64,000 bases of DNA from Caecitellus pseudoparvulus. Lineage: Eukaryota > Protista > Bigyra: Bicosoecida. Made by a program: the position numbers and the translations under genes. Shown one piece after another: positions 44,328 to 55,132 of the stretch. The notes beneath the pieces are model-generated. The model was not told the DNA's origin. It worked only from the letters and a program-made list of their open reading frames with translations, and did no database searches. The stretch spans positions 248,001 to 312,000 of the forward strand of contig CBFFRQ010000043.1 in assembly GCA_965644315.1 (NCBI GenBank). Reading direction: 5' to 3'. Each line of letters opens with the position of its first letter. Position 1 is the first letter of the stretch.

Positions 44328-44867
44328 TCAGTACTTGCTGGGGGCCTGTGAGGTGCGGGCAAGGCGCAGGGAGCAGTGCGAGCGGGGACAGTGCTGCGCA
44401 GGCACGCGAGGGCTCACCTTCAGCATGCCCCAGTAGGGTGACTCGATGAGGGCAGAGTACGCCTTGACCAAGTGCTTGCAGTTGGTGCGGGAGTCGACGC
44501 CCTCCCGCTTGTAGCAGTCCTCCATGGCCTCCCGCACCATCTTGCACTCCTCGATGGCCACCATCTTCTCACGCACGAACTGCTCCCGCGCCGCGATCTT
44601 GGCGGGCCCGCGCAGGCTGTGGAACTTGACGTTGCCTGCATCGTCCCGCTCGAAGTCTGGCACCTGCTTGAAGTACCTGTTCACCCGCAGCTGGATGGGG
44701 CCGGGCTTCACGAGCTTGTCCTTGTACACCTCCGCTGCCACAGCCTTGGGGTCCACGCTGGTGGCAGGGAAGGCCATACGGTCTTCCCCAACCTCTGGGA
44801 ACAGCTCGCTGTGCTTCTGGGGCGTGTCCATGTACGGCGTCACGGCATTGTGGTGCGTGGCAGCCAT
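44328..44867 (-). CDS. NDUFB10: NADH:ubiquinone oxidoreductase subunit B10 (PDSW)
   Basis: AREQFVREKMVAIEECKMVREAMEDCYKREGVDSRTNCKHLVKAY; terminal intron GTGAGC..CACAG. Confidence 0.85.
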   Translation of the reverse strand: MAATHHNAVTPYMDTPQKHSELFPEVGEDRMAFPATSVDPKAVAAEVYKDKLVKPGPIQLRVNRYFKQVPDFERDDAGNVKFHSLRGPAKIAAREQFVREKMVAIEECKMVREAMEDCYKREGVDSRTNCKHLVKAYSALIESPYWGMLKVSPRVPAQHCPRSHCSLRLARTSQAPSKY

Positions 44868-45252
44868 GGCGCAGCACGTTCTCAGCTCGAGCTGGTGCTG
44901 CCGAAACGCGGCGGAAACGCAGCCAGTCGGCCCTAGGCGGCAGCGACTGCGGTGGAGGCTAGTGGTGGTGCGTTGCTCCCCAGTGGACGACAGTTCGCAC
45001 GTGCGCGGTGTGGCGTGATTTTGACGCCGTGCGAGAGGTGTCTGGGGGTGCCTGCTGCCGGCAGGACGAGAGCGTGGCCTTCCTGCGCTGGCTTCCGCGA
45101 CCAAGCAGCAAAGACTGCGACTCATAATGAAAACACCCCGCCAGCCCAGCACATGGGAGTGGCACACCTCACCCCCAGCGTGTGGCCCTGCAGCACGCGA
45201 TGCACGAACCAGTGTCGCTGACCTGGTGCGCGCTGCGGAAATTGGTGCGCAC

Positions 45253-47661
45253 ATGGCTGCAGCCAGCGTCAACACGCCGCAGCACTTGAAGAGCTCCCTG
45301 TTGGGCCCAGCGCAGCAGAGGACGCACCGATTCGTGTTCAGCTCCCTGCACGCTCCTGCGCCGACATGCACGCTGTCTGACCTCCAGGCTGCCGTCATGG
45401 GGGACGCCTCCGTCGTGCACGCTGTGGAGGCGCTGGGGTCTGTCGCCGCGCCGCCGCACCCGCTGCTGGGCGCCGCCGCGCCGCCCCCCCCCATGCCGCT
45501 GGGCCAAGACCTGCTGCAGGCCCTGGGCGACTCAGCAGGCGAGGCCTCTCCGCCCAGCCTCCCGCGTGGTGTCTCCGCCGCCGCCACGGCGTATGTGGAT
45601 GCCGTGCGGAAGTACCGTGCCCTTGCGGAGGACCTGCCCGCCCCCCGCGACACCCTCAGCCGCGCCCAGCGCCAGCACCTGGACTGGCGCAGAGACCAAG
45701 CCCGCAAGCGGCGTGGCAGCACGCTGGCCGTCTCCGGCGCCGCCGCCGTGCAGGGTGGCTCCCTGTCCTCCTCCGCCACGCTGGAGTCGGCTGTGAATGT
45801 GGCAGCAGGCAGGTGGGACGCCTTCACCAGCATGGTGGCGCAGTCCTTCGACCTGGTGCGCTCCCTGGAGCTGTTCGTGGCCAAGATGGCGGTGGTGCGC
45901 GTGGCGGAGCTGGAGGAGGGGCAACCGGAGGAGATCATGGTGGCGGCACCGCCCCTTTCCCTGCTGGCGGCGCTGGGGCCTAGGCAGGTGGAGGGGGGGG
46001 CCTCCGCCACCCCCCCCCAACACCGCACGCGCTCATCTGCGGGGGACAGTGCCGTGTTCCGGACGCCAGACTCTGAGGATGAGGGCGCGGAGCCGGTGGG
46101 CCCACCCCCCGCCCTGCCAGGGGATGCCGTGCGCCCAACACAGGTGCACCTGACCACCCCCGGCGCCGACACACCATCCACCCCCACCCCCCTGGATGTG
46201 GACACCACCCCGCCAGGGGACCGGGTGCGCGCCCTCGTCCTGCGCTTGCAGCGGGGTCTCCGCCAGAGCCCCGCCTGGCGTGCCTCTGTGGCGGAGGAGG
46301 GGCAGGGGGCCCCTGGCGCGGGGGCACGGCACACGCCTGGCCACGCGCTTAGCGGCGCGCTGGCGGGGCAGGGGGCGCTGACGTGGCAAGAGGTGGACGA
46401 CGCTCTAGAGCGCCTGGTGATGTCCAAGCTACACCACCTGGTGGGGCGCCCAGCGCACTTCCCCGGCGCGGCGCTGTGGGACGACGTACTCACAGTGCGC
46501 TGCCTGGCCCTGGCGCCGCTGGTGTCCTGGGCCCAGCTGGACGTGCCGCCCCCCGCCATCCAGGCACCCCTGCCCTGGGGCCTGGCCATCGCCTGGCTAC
46601 GGGCCATGTCCCGTTTCTGCGCCCCCACCGACAAGATGACATGCCTCCTGAACGCCTCCTCCGTCATCTCCCGCCTGCTGAGCCACGAGGTGCAGGCAGA
46701 CACCGCCTGCATGGTGGTGCGGCAGGGGGCCCAGGTGGGCGCTGACGACTTCCTGCCCGCCCTCATCTGGTGCCTGCTGCGGGCAGCCTGCCCCACCCTG
46801 TACACGGACCTGCGCTACATCAACACGTACCGCGACCCCACCCAGCTCATGTCGGAGCAGGGGTACTACTTCACCAACCTCGTCTCTGCCTGCAACTTCA
46901 TCGTCTCTGCCTCCCCTGCCCAGCTGCACGTGGACGCGGCGGAGCTGGACACCACCACTGCCGCCTCCGTCCGCCGCGTGCTGGCGCTGCGGGAGGAAGC
47001 GGGGGCCAGTGGCACCAGCGGCAGCACGAAGGTGGGCACGGGGGCGGCGACTGCTGCCCCTCACGACCCCACGCCCTGCGTGCAGCCCCCCCCCCTGCAC
47101 CGGCAAGGAGTGCTGTCCGATGCCGCCCTGCGCCACACAGCCCGCGCACTGGCGACTGAGGACACCCTGGAGCAGTTGCTGGACCTGCACCAGCAATGCT
47201 GCAGTGCTCTCGTGGACACGGTGCCGTCTCAGGAGGCTCTGGCGTGGGTGGGGCTGGGTGGCGCGCAGGGCACCCCCCCCCTCCCCCTGGACCTGGCCAA
47301 GCTGACGGAGGGCGAGGGGGATGAAGCCGCCATCCTGGAAGCCTTGCTCATGGGCGAGGAGGAGGAGGAGGAGGAGGAGGGCGGCGGCGCAGGCACCGCG
47401 CAGGCACAGGGCGCGCCTCCTCCCTCAGCAGAGGACCTGCGCCTCGGCGCGCTGCGGGTGGCACAGGCGGTGACGATGACGGAGGAGGGCGCCAGCGCCA
47501 GCCAGCGCGCTCTGGCTGCTCGCCGGCACAGCATCACACAGCTCACTATGCAGGACGGCATGCAGACAGGCGTGGACATCCCACCCGACCTGCTCATGCT
47601 GCACTCCCTGTGCGTGGATGTGGCGGTGGCAGCCAAGCATGTGCCCCCTGCCGCTCCCTGA
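45253..47661 (+). CDS. VPS9-domain Rab5 GEF
   Basis: APTDKMTCLL...GADDFLPALIW...P.L...LRYINTYR...SEQGYYFTNLVSA. Confidence 0.9.
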   Translation: MAAASVNTPQHLKSSLLGPAQQRTHRFVFSSLHAPAPTCTLSDLQAAVMGDASVVHAVEALGSVAAPPHPLLGAAAPPPPMPLGQDLLQALGDSAGEASPPSLPRGVSAAATAYVDAVRKYRALAEDLPAPRDTLSRAQRQHLDWRRDQARKRRGSTLAVSGAAAVQGGSLSSSATLESAVNVAAGRWDAFTSMVAQSFDLVRSLELFVAKMAVVRVAELEEGQPEEIMVAAPPLSLLAALGPRQVEGGASATPPQHRTRSSAGDSAVFRTPDSEDEGAEPVGPPPALPGDAVRPTQVHLTTPGADTPSTPTPLDVDTTPPGDRVRALVLRLQRGLRQSPAWRASVAEEGQGAPGAGARHTPGHALSGALAGQGALTWQEVDDALERLVMSKLHHLVGRPAHFPGAALWDDVLTVRCLALAPLVSWAQLDVPPPAIQAPLPWGLAIAWLRAMSRFCAPTDKMTCLLNASSVISRLLSHEVQADTACMVVRQGAQVGADDFLPALIWCLLRAACPTLYTDLRYINTYRDPTQLMSEQGYYFTNLVSACNFIVSASPAQLHVDAAELDTTTAASVRRVLALREEAGASGTSGSTKVGTGAATAAPHDPTPCVQPPPLHRQGVLSDAALRHTARALATEDTLEQLLDLHQQCCSALVDTVPSQEALAWVGLGGAQGTPPLPLDLAKLTEGEGDEAAILEALLMGEEEEEEEEGGGAGTAQAQGAPPPSAEDLRLGALRVAQAVTMTEEGASASQRALAARRHSITQLTMQDGMQTGVDIPPDLLMLHSLCVDVAVAAKHVPPAAP

Positions 47662-47753
47662 CGCCTGCCGACAGAGCGTGCAAGGGCGCCATTTCACCGG
47701 GCACACACCTACATGAGCGAGAAGGTCCAGATGTCCCCTTTCCACTCGCCGCC

Positions 47754-49481
47754 ATGCAAGCTACCCTCTTTGCTTCATGGGGCTTGGCGGCGCCGAAGGC
47801 CGCTGCCAGCAGTTTGCCCAGCACGCCGAGGGGCAGGCATGGCAAAAAGCGGCCCCGCACCGAGAACAAGGGTGGCTCCACGACGGCAGCGGCTGAATGT
47901 CCGGACCAACAGGCTTGCCAACACGGGGCTGGCCCACTCAGTCGGCGGGCATCTCCCGCATCAGAGCCACAGTGCCCGTCGGGGTCTCGGGCGCGTGATT
48001 CAAATGCCGCACCTATTGGGCGCAGGCGCCGGTCTCGGCGTGTGGCCGCAAGCCAAGCCGCCAGTGCAGTGGCAAGCCTAGCCAGCGCACTAAATGAAGC
48101 CGCATCGCCCCCTCCTGCACCGACACGCCGCCAAGCAAGCCCAGTGCAGGGCCGAGCTCAGGCCAGTGCGACAGGCGCAGGCAGCAGCGGCCCGCCTGGC
48201 CCTCGCACGCGGAAGCTGCGCCGGAAGCCTTCCCGGGCGGGCTGGTGGGAGAGCCTGCCGGGCACACACAACCACAGGGGCCATGTGAAGTTGAGAGCCA
48301 CCCCGCGCATGTGGGACTTGTCCATTTCCTTCGCCGTGGACTGCAGCGTTAGCCATGGAGTGCCAGGCGTGCAGGCATACACCATGAGCTACGTCTTGGG
48401 AGGGGACGCCCTCGTCAGCGCAGGCAAAGGCGGCATGGTCAGCCTAGCCTGGTGCAAGCACTCGGCAGCCTGTGCTGACGAAGCCGCTGCTGCGCGGTTT
48501 GGGGATGAAATCATGCTGACTGAGCAGGTGGTGATGTGGGCGGGCCACACGCGGTGGGTGTCGGATGCCGTGCAGCCAGACGGTGCGCCCCTCCTCCTCA
48601 CCGCCTCGGACGACGCTAGCATCGCCGTGTGGGAGCTGGAGAAGCCGGGCGGTATCGGCACGAGGGGCCCTGGAAACGTGCCTTCGGCATCAGGCCTGGG
48701 CCCGCCGCTGTTGCACCGCAGCCACCTGCACAGCGGTGGCGTGTACAGCGTGGACGCAGGCACCAGCGGGAGCGGTGTCACGGTGGTATCAGGGTCCAAG
48801 GATACCAGTGTCATGCACTGCTGCGTGGACGCCAGTGGCATCCTGCGCCCCCTGCACACCTTCGCCGACGCCCACGCCGGCGTGGTGAAGAGTGTGCGCC
48901 TGCGCAAGGACGGCAGGGGCATGACGGCTGCCAGCGCCGGCAACGACCGGGCGGTGGCCGTGTGGGACCTGCGCACTGACCAGCAGGCGGTCACCATTCC
49001 CGCAGCGCACTCCCTAAGCATCAACACAGTGTCATGGTCGCCCGACGGCGGCTGCGTCTTGACGGGGGGCTTTGACAACGCAGTTAAGCTGTGGGACGTG
49101 CGGAAGCCTGCGACCTGCCTCTGGCAAGCATCGGCCGCTGCCAGCGTCAGCGCCGGCCGGGCCGACAGCATCATCCACCCAGCATACGCACTGCAGGGCA
49201 GGGTGGTCCTGGTACCCATCCCCAAGTTGTACAGTGTGCTGACCCTGGATGCCGTGACGGGGGTTCCATTGGGCGTTGGCGAGGACTGCTCTGGTTTGTT
49301 GGAGCTGCTTGTGGAGGACCAGCCCCTGCTCCCTGCTCAGATGGCAGTGCGGGAGCACTCTGGGTACAGCTGTGGGGGCCTCCTCAGCTCCCTGCCCTCA
49401 GGGGGCCCAATGGAGGTTGCCATCGGGAACAACCGGCGAACGCAGGTGTGGGAGCTGCGAGCAACGCGCCAGTGTGGCTAG
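47754..49481 (+). CDS. WD40-repeat protein
   Basis: GHTRWV..LLTASDD..IAVWE, H.GVVKSV..SAGND..VAVWD and H..SINTV.W..LTGGFD..VKLWD repeats. Confidence 0.88.
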   Translation: MQATLFASWGLAAPKAAASSLPSTPRGRHGKKRPRTENKGGSTTAAAECPDQQACQHGAGPLSRRASPASEPQCPSGSRARDSNAAPIGRRRRSRRVAASQAASAVASLASALNEAASPPPAPTRRQASPVQGRAQASATGAGSSGPPGPRTRKLRRKPSRAGWWESLPGTHNHRGHVKLRATPRMWDLSISFAVDCSVSHGVPGVQAYTMSYVLGGDALVSAGKGGMVSLAWCKHSAACADEAAAARFGDEIMLTEQVVMWAGHTRWVSDAVQPDGAPLLLTASDDASIAVWELEKPGGIGTRGPGNVPSASGLGPPLLHRSHLHSGGVYSVDAGTSGSGVTVVSGSKDTSVMHCCVDASGILRPLHTFADAHAGVVKSVRLRKDGRGMTAASAGNDRAVAVWDLRTDQQAVTIPAAHSLSINTVSWSPDGGCVLTGGFDNAVKLWDVRKPATCLWQASAAASVSAGRADSIIHPAYALQGRVVLVPIPKLYSVLTLDAVTGVPLGVGEDCSGLLELLVEDQPLLPAQMAVREHSGYSCGGLLSSLPSGGPMEVAIGNNRRTQVWELRATRQCG

Positions 49482-49678
49482 CATGCTTCCGCGCGCAGTG
49501 CCCTCCACCTGTCACATTATCAAATCCCCCATCACGCCCGTCGAATGCAAGGCGCATACAAGCACAGCAACTGCCCATGCAAGCCCCACTCGGGGTGGCT
49601 TGCTTTGTGGTTCGGTGAAGCTGAGCCTTCCCACCCGTCTGCGTTTTTGCAGGGGGCCGCCCAGTTCCATTCTGATCC

Positions 49679-52182
49679 ATGGCTGCTGCAGCGACAAAGG
49701 CGCGGGTGACGAAGCCCTCTTTGAATGGGATCCCTGGTCTCATGACGCTGGGCATGGGGTGCGTGGGCCCCTGGCCTGCTTTGGAGACTTGACTGCGCGC
49801 GGAAATTGCACGCGTTGCTTGCGGCGCAGGACCCGGGTGGAGCTCGACAAGACGCAAGGCTTTGCATTTGGAAAGAGCATTGATGGAACCTATGTCGCTT
49901 TTGACAAGCCCCCCGCCTCTCAGACCGTTGCGAGGACTGACGAAGAGCTAGAGAAGGTGAGGCGCCACGGGGAGTCACAGAGATCGCGAGCCTCGGCGGG
50001 AGCAGATTGCCACGCAAGAACTGCGCCTACTCACAGCTCATCGCGAGCAAGAGGCTGTCAGAGTCCTTGTCTGCGAGGGACTTTGCAGAAGCGTCCGCGA
50101 CAAGTTCAGAGCCCTTGGATGGCAAGGTGAGCAGTGCAAGCCCTTGCCCTCAGTACACGTGCATGCACGCTGCCCCGCACGCTTTGCTCGCAGCGCTTGA
50201 CATTCCTTGCGTACTTCAAGGAAGCAGTCACAGAGAGTCGTGTGGAGAGTTACCGCGTCCGGGGCATCCTGATCCACTACTTCCTTGCGGATGACACTGT
50301 GGAGATGCACGAACCAGAAGTGCGCAACTCCGGCATGCCAAGTGGCAAGTTCCTGAAGCGCATGCAGCACCCAGATGTGACTGTGGACGCACTTCAGGTC
50401 GGGGAGAACCTGACTGTGTACGGGCGCACCTTTCGCATTTACCAATGCGACGATTTCACGAGGGAGTTCTATGAAGCGCGGGGCACACCGCAGGCCCCCA
50501 ACACAGACCTCCCGATGGACCCGTGGTCCGCAACAGCCTCTACAGTGGTGAGAGGGGGACCAGGAGAGCACGGCAAGAAAATGAACGCCCTCAAGCGCTA
50601 CCAAGAATCCCGGCTGGGGGCGCTCATGTACAAGACCGACAGCATGGCCAAGTTCCTCAAGTACGACAAGGTCGCCCTTACCTTCTACGCCGAGTGGGAG
50701 GACAAGCGCGCGTTTGGCGAGAAGCATCACTATAAGCTGACGTACTACGTAGCCACTGGGGAGGTGCAAATCACGGAGATGCGGGACACCAACGCCCAGG
50801 TGATCTTCCCGCTCTTCCTGAAGAAGCAACGCCTGCCCCGGGAAACCCTCGTCCACGACGACCGGCTGAGCAGTTGTGAGGATGGCGACGGGTCTCAAGA
50901 CTACTACAACGAGGATGACCTGCGCGTCGGGTCAGTGCTGAAAGTGCACAAGCGGGACTTCTTGCTGTACGACTGCGACGATTTGACCCAGGCCTGGTAC
51001 TTGGAGGAGAAGGGCGTTGACCAGCGTGAGGGCCGAGTGGACGTGTCTGAGCCCCCCCCAGTCAAAGTGGAGTTGCCCCCTCCACCAAGCACAGGCTTCG
51101 GCTCTGAGGAAGACAGCTTGCAGAGTTGGAAGTACCTGGTTCCCAAGCCGAAGAAGACTGACCTGCAAAAGCTCAAGGCGGCGAAGGGGCACACACTGAA
51201 GTTTCAAGCCCACCTAATGTCGACAAGACCCTCAGACTCAGGCAGGGTGTTCCGCATCACGTGGTACCTTGACGATGACACCATTGCAGTGTACGAGCCG
51301 CCCCAGCGCAACACGGGAGTCATGGGGGGCGCCTTTGCGCGGAGGGACAAGTACATTAACAGTGACACTGGGAAGCACTTCGTCGTCTCCGAGTTCTTCC
51401 TCGGCGCCATCGTGGAGATTAACAGCCACGTCTTCGAAATCACTGAGGCTGACGACTTCTCCTTGCGCCACATGGAGAGCTCTGCTGAGTTGTGGCCCAT
51501 GTCCAACATCGAATTCGTCATGCGCAACCTCAAGAAGAAGCTGCAAGACCACTCGCGGTCGCTGCGCAAAATGTTCCGCAAGTTCGACGAAGATCACAGC
51601 CAGACTATCAGCTTGCAAGAGTTCCAGAACATGCTGGACTACTACGGCATGGGCGTGAGCAGGCACGAGCTGCTGACCATCTTCCGTGCCTTTGACAAGA
51701 GTGGCACAGGCCTCATTGACTATGGCACCTTCTGCGATGTGTTCACGGACAGGGACGAAGTGGGCGGCGTGGAGGCCGTGAGCGGCGAGATGAACCTGGA
51801 CATCTCAGCTGGCGCCATGTCTGCTGCCGAGGCAGCCAAGTACGAAGAGAAGGCGGTGAAAGCCGACAGCGACATCAAGCACCAAGCCCACCTTGATGCT
51901 CTGCTTCAGCAAGTTTCCTTGGCGCTGCGGAACAGCAAGGCGGCGACGGTGCTGTACCAAAAGTTCCGCGACTTTGACGAAAACAAGGACAACACTGTGG
52001 ACCGCCGCGAGTTCCGCATGGCCATGGGCGGCTGCTCGGCCCACGGCATGTTCCACCTTTCTCAAGAAGACATCGCCATCCTTGAGAAGGAGTTCTATCC
52101 CCCAGGCGTTGACAATTTGGACTACAATAAGTTCATTTCAGTTGTGACTGCTCATGCAGATCGGGCGCTGAGGTCAGCTTGA
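49679..52182 (+). CDS. EFHC1: EFHC1/EFHC2 (Rib72) axonemal protein: 3 DM10 domains plus EF-hands (3 introns)
   Basis: LTFLAYFKE..ES..ESYRVR...YFLADDTVEMHEPEVRNSG and YLDDDTIAVYEPPQRNTG DM10 motifs; EF-hand loops DEDHSQTISLQE, DKSGTGLIDY and DENKDNTVD. Confidence 0.92.
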
Positions 52183-52218
52183 GTCTCCCTGACACCCTGC
52201 CCGTCGCTCGCACCGCCT

Positions 52219-54626
52219 TCACAGCTTAGCTTCCGCCCCTGCCACAGCCGCTGACTTGGCCACCAGGCCCATCTGTGTCAGGGCACGGTGCAATTCAGTC
52301 ATATAAACCCGTACCCTTGGCTGGACCCACCCAGCAGCATCTTCACAAAGCCCCGCCACGTGCACTGTGAAGCTGTCCTGCCCAAATTGGTTGGCGGTGC
52401 TGTAGGCGACACCCACCCCAGATGGCGTGACTTGCCCCCATCCCCACGCTGACAGGAAACCCCCTGAAATGTTGCTGGTGCTGACCCTCCAAGTGGAGGC
52501 CTTGCGAAGGACTGCCGAGGCCAGTGCTGCTTGGGCGGCAGGGAGCCGAACACCTGAAGAATTGTCCCCCGCAGCGATGCGCGAGAGCCCAAACAAGTGC
52601 CGATCGAAGCCTGCCCCCGCGGCTGCCGCTCGGCATGCAGCGGAGTGGGCGGCAGTTGCGGAGGCAATGGCGTTCCACGCCTCCACACTGTCAGTGCCTG
52701 CCACTACGTGCCTTCCCATCCCCATGCGCTCATGGAGCGCGCGTATGGCCCGCAACGAAAAGACAGATGCACCTCTTGCTGTCTCCGTCCGTCCCCGCCG
52801 GAAGCCCCGCATCTGCACGGGCTCATACTGTCCCACGCTGCCCAGCGTGAGGCTGTCCACGGCCAGGTTGCACCAGGGCATGGGCAGGCCCTCTTCACAT
52901 GTGACGGGGCTTTCGTCCCAGAACTGGTACAGTCCTGACACCACGCCGGACTTGGACCAGTCCGGGATGCTGGCCAGCACGGCGTCAGTGCGGGAACCCG
53001 CCACTTGCATGGCCAGCTGCATCCAGGCATCAGGGCTGCAGCGCCAGCGCTTGACTTGGGCTGCACCATACCCTGTGTACAAGCTCAGCTGGTTGCGCTG
53101 GCGGCGGAGAACTTGCTGAGCATGGTCACGTGCCGACAACTGCACCTCCTGCAACAAAGGGGTGGGGGCCGGCACCCAGTCCACCACGGTCACACGCAGG
53201 GGGCGTGCTCGCTGATCTGCTGCGGGTACCCTGCTGTCCGGCAAGGAGATGCCGTCCTTGAGGAGGCGGGACAGGACGCAGAAGCTGACGAATCCATCGG
53301 CCAGTGCGTGCTCGAAGATGAGGCTGGTGGGGCACACCAAGCCACTCGCCGCCCTTTGCTCGCTGCCACACACCGGCACCGTCAATGCAGTGGGTGGTGC
53401 AACGACAACTTGGCATGCTTTGTCCCACCAGCGATTGTGAGTGCGCATGCCACCGCGCTTGTCGGGTTGGTGACCATGCAGACTGCCTCGAGCGATGTCC
53501 GCCAGACACCTGCTGCCACCGCCCTGGGCCGCATCGAGGCACACCACGAGCGTGGCGCCGATGAGAGTGGCCATGCTCTTACGATTGTGCTGCTTTGTCT
53601 CCAAGCGTTCCCAAGCTGCAGCCCACGCGTCCCTTGGGGCACTGGTGAGCAGCGGCACTTCACTTCCGACGAAAGCCGCCGCGCCTGACCCAGCCTCAGC
53701 AGCCACAGGCGCATTCAAAACGTGCCTGAAGGCACCAGCGAGTTGTTGGCCAGTTACATCTGCGTCATAGTCAACTCGGAACACTTGCCCCTCACGCATC
53801 ACACACAGCCATCGGCAAGGTGCCCGTCGAGCCAGGACCTGCCGGTCAGCAGCGCCCACGACCGGGTAGCCTGCGTGAAGGTCTTGGGCATGATCTGTGT
53901 CACTCCACGTGCTGGCATCTTCCACCCAAACAGTTTCGCCGTCATGGGTGACTTGAGGCGAGAGGCGGGTCCGTGCTCCGGAGGTGCACTCGCAGTGAAC
54001 TTGGGCATCACCGCCACTGCTGCCGAACGCCACCCAGTCGGCAGGTTTGCGTGGCATGCGGCAGGCGTGAAACAGAGTGCGGTTCGCACCCATGCACAGT
54101 GGCTTCCTCCGTAGAGTGTCAATGTCCGCCGTCCCCTGCCACAAGCGCTCTGCTTCCTGCAGGAGTGGCAGTACAACAGCTGCGGCCTGCGCCGCCTGCG
54201 CCTCAGCTGGGCTTGCGTCAACCGGCGCTCGGCAGAACTCAGTGTTGAGGACATAGAAGTAGCTGGAGTTGACGGGGAGAGCGTCTCTGAAGGACAGGTA
54301 CGATGCATCCGTCCACCACCTGCGAAAACAAGTGTGCTCTCTGTGGTTGACCGTCGGAGCGACGTGAGCGATTTCCGCACACACCTGTACAGCCATGAGC
54401 CTCCACCTTGCTGATGCTGCTCCTTGGCCCTGGTCTCCAGGAGTTTCTGCGCTTTGGCAAGTTGTCCTGATGGGCCACTTTCCTGAATCAGGTGGCGTAG
54501 CGCTGCCGCAGCGAGCTCGTCGTCCGCATCAAAGGCTAGCAGGGAAGTGTGCAGCTTGGCCAGGCTTTCGTGGAGTGCAGGCACTGGTAGCTGCGGAAGG
54601 GATTCCTGGGACGCGTACATGGACAT
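52219..54626 (-). CDS. Choline/carnitine O-acyltransferase (intron ~54322-54390)
   Basis: LPQLPVPAL, NRWWDK, FEHALADG (catalytic His), SPDAWMQLAMQ, GRTET, GFDRHLFGL and STSN motifs. Confidence 0.92.
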
Positions 54627-55132
54627 GGTGGCGAGGGGAGGCCTTTCAAGCCGTGTCTCCGGCTACCACTGCAGCTCGTTGCGGATCCTGGTTTGTGTGG
54701 GGGTTGAGGAATGTGGTGGGTGCGCCACACACACACACACATCTGCCTGACACCACACGAGCTGTGCAGGCCCCCCTGCACTGTGCACCTCATATCGACC
54801 AGGAACACCAATGGGCCCCCAGACACAACACACACCCTTATCATCCCGCACACACAGTGCCTGCAAGAGAAGGGACTCTGCACCGGGCAAGCTTGTGCAG
54901 GGCGGGTTGCACTGCTGCTTCTCATTGTAGAGAGCAGCCTTCTGAAGTGTGACCAGGCCCGCCTGCTCCTCTCAAGCACTTTTTGCTTGAATCCGTCCCG
55001 CATTTCCCCCTTGCTGGTAGATCTTGCGTGTGGCGTCCAGGCCAGTGCTCAAAGCTTGGGCGTTTCTCCACCGGTTTCCGCTCCTGCCATCGAGGGCGAT
55101 TGTTTTCAGGAAGCTCTCAGCCCTCAACCATC

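Noticed and set aside
44868-46805. 825-aa ORF extending NDUFB10 upstream
   Set aside because: The upstream part is the antisense shadow of the VPS9 gene; the plausible start is 44867.
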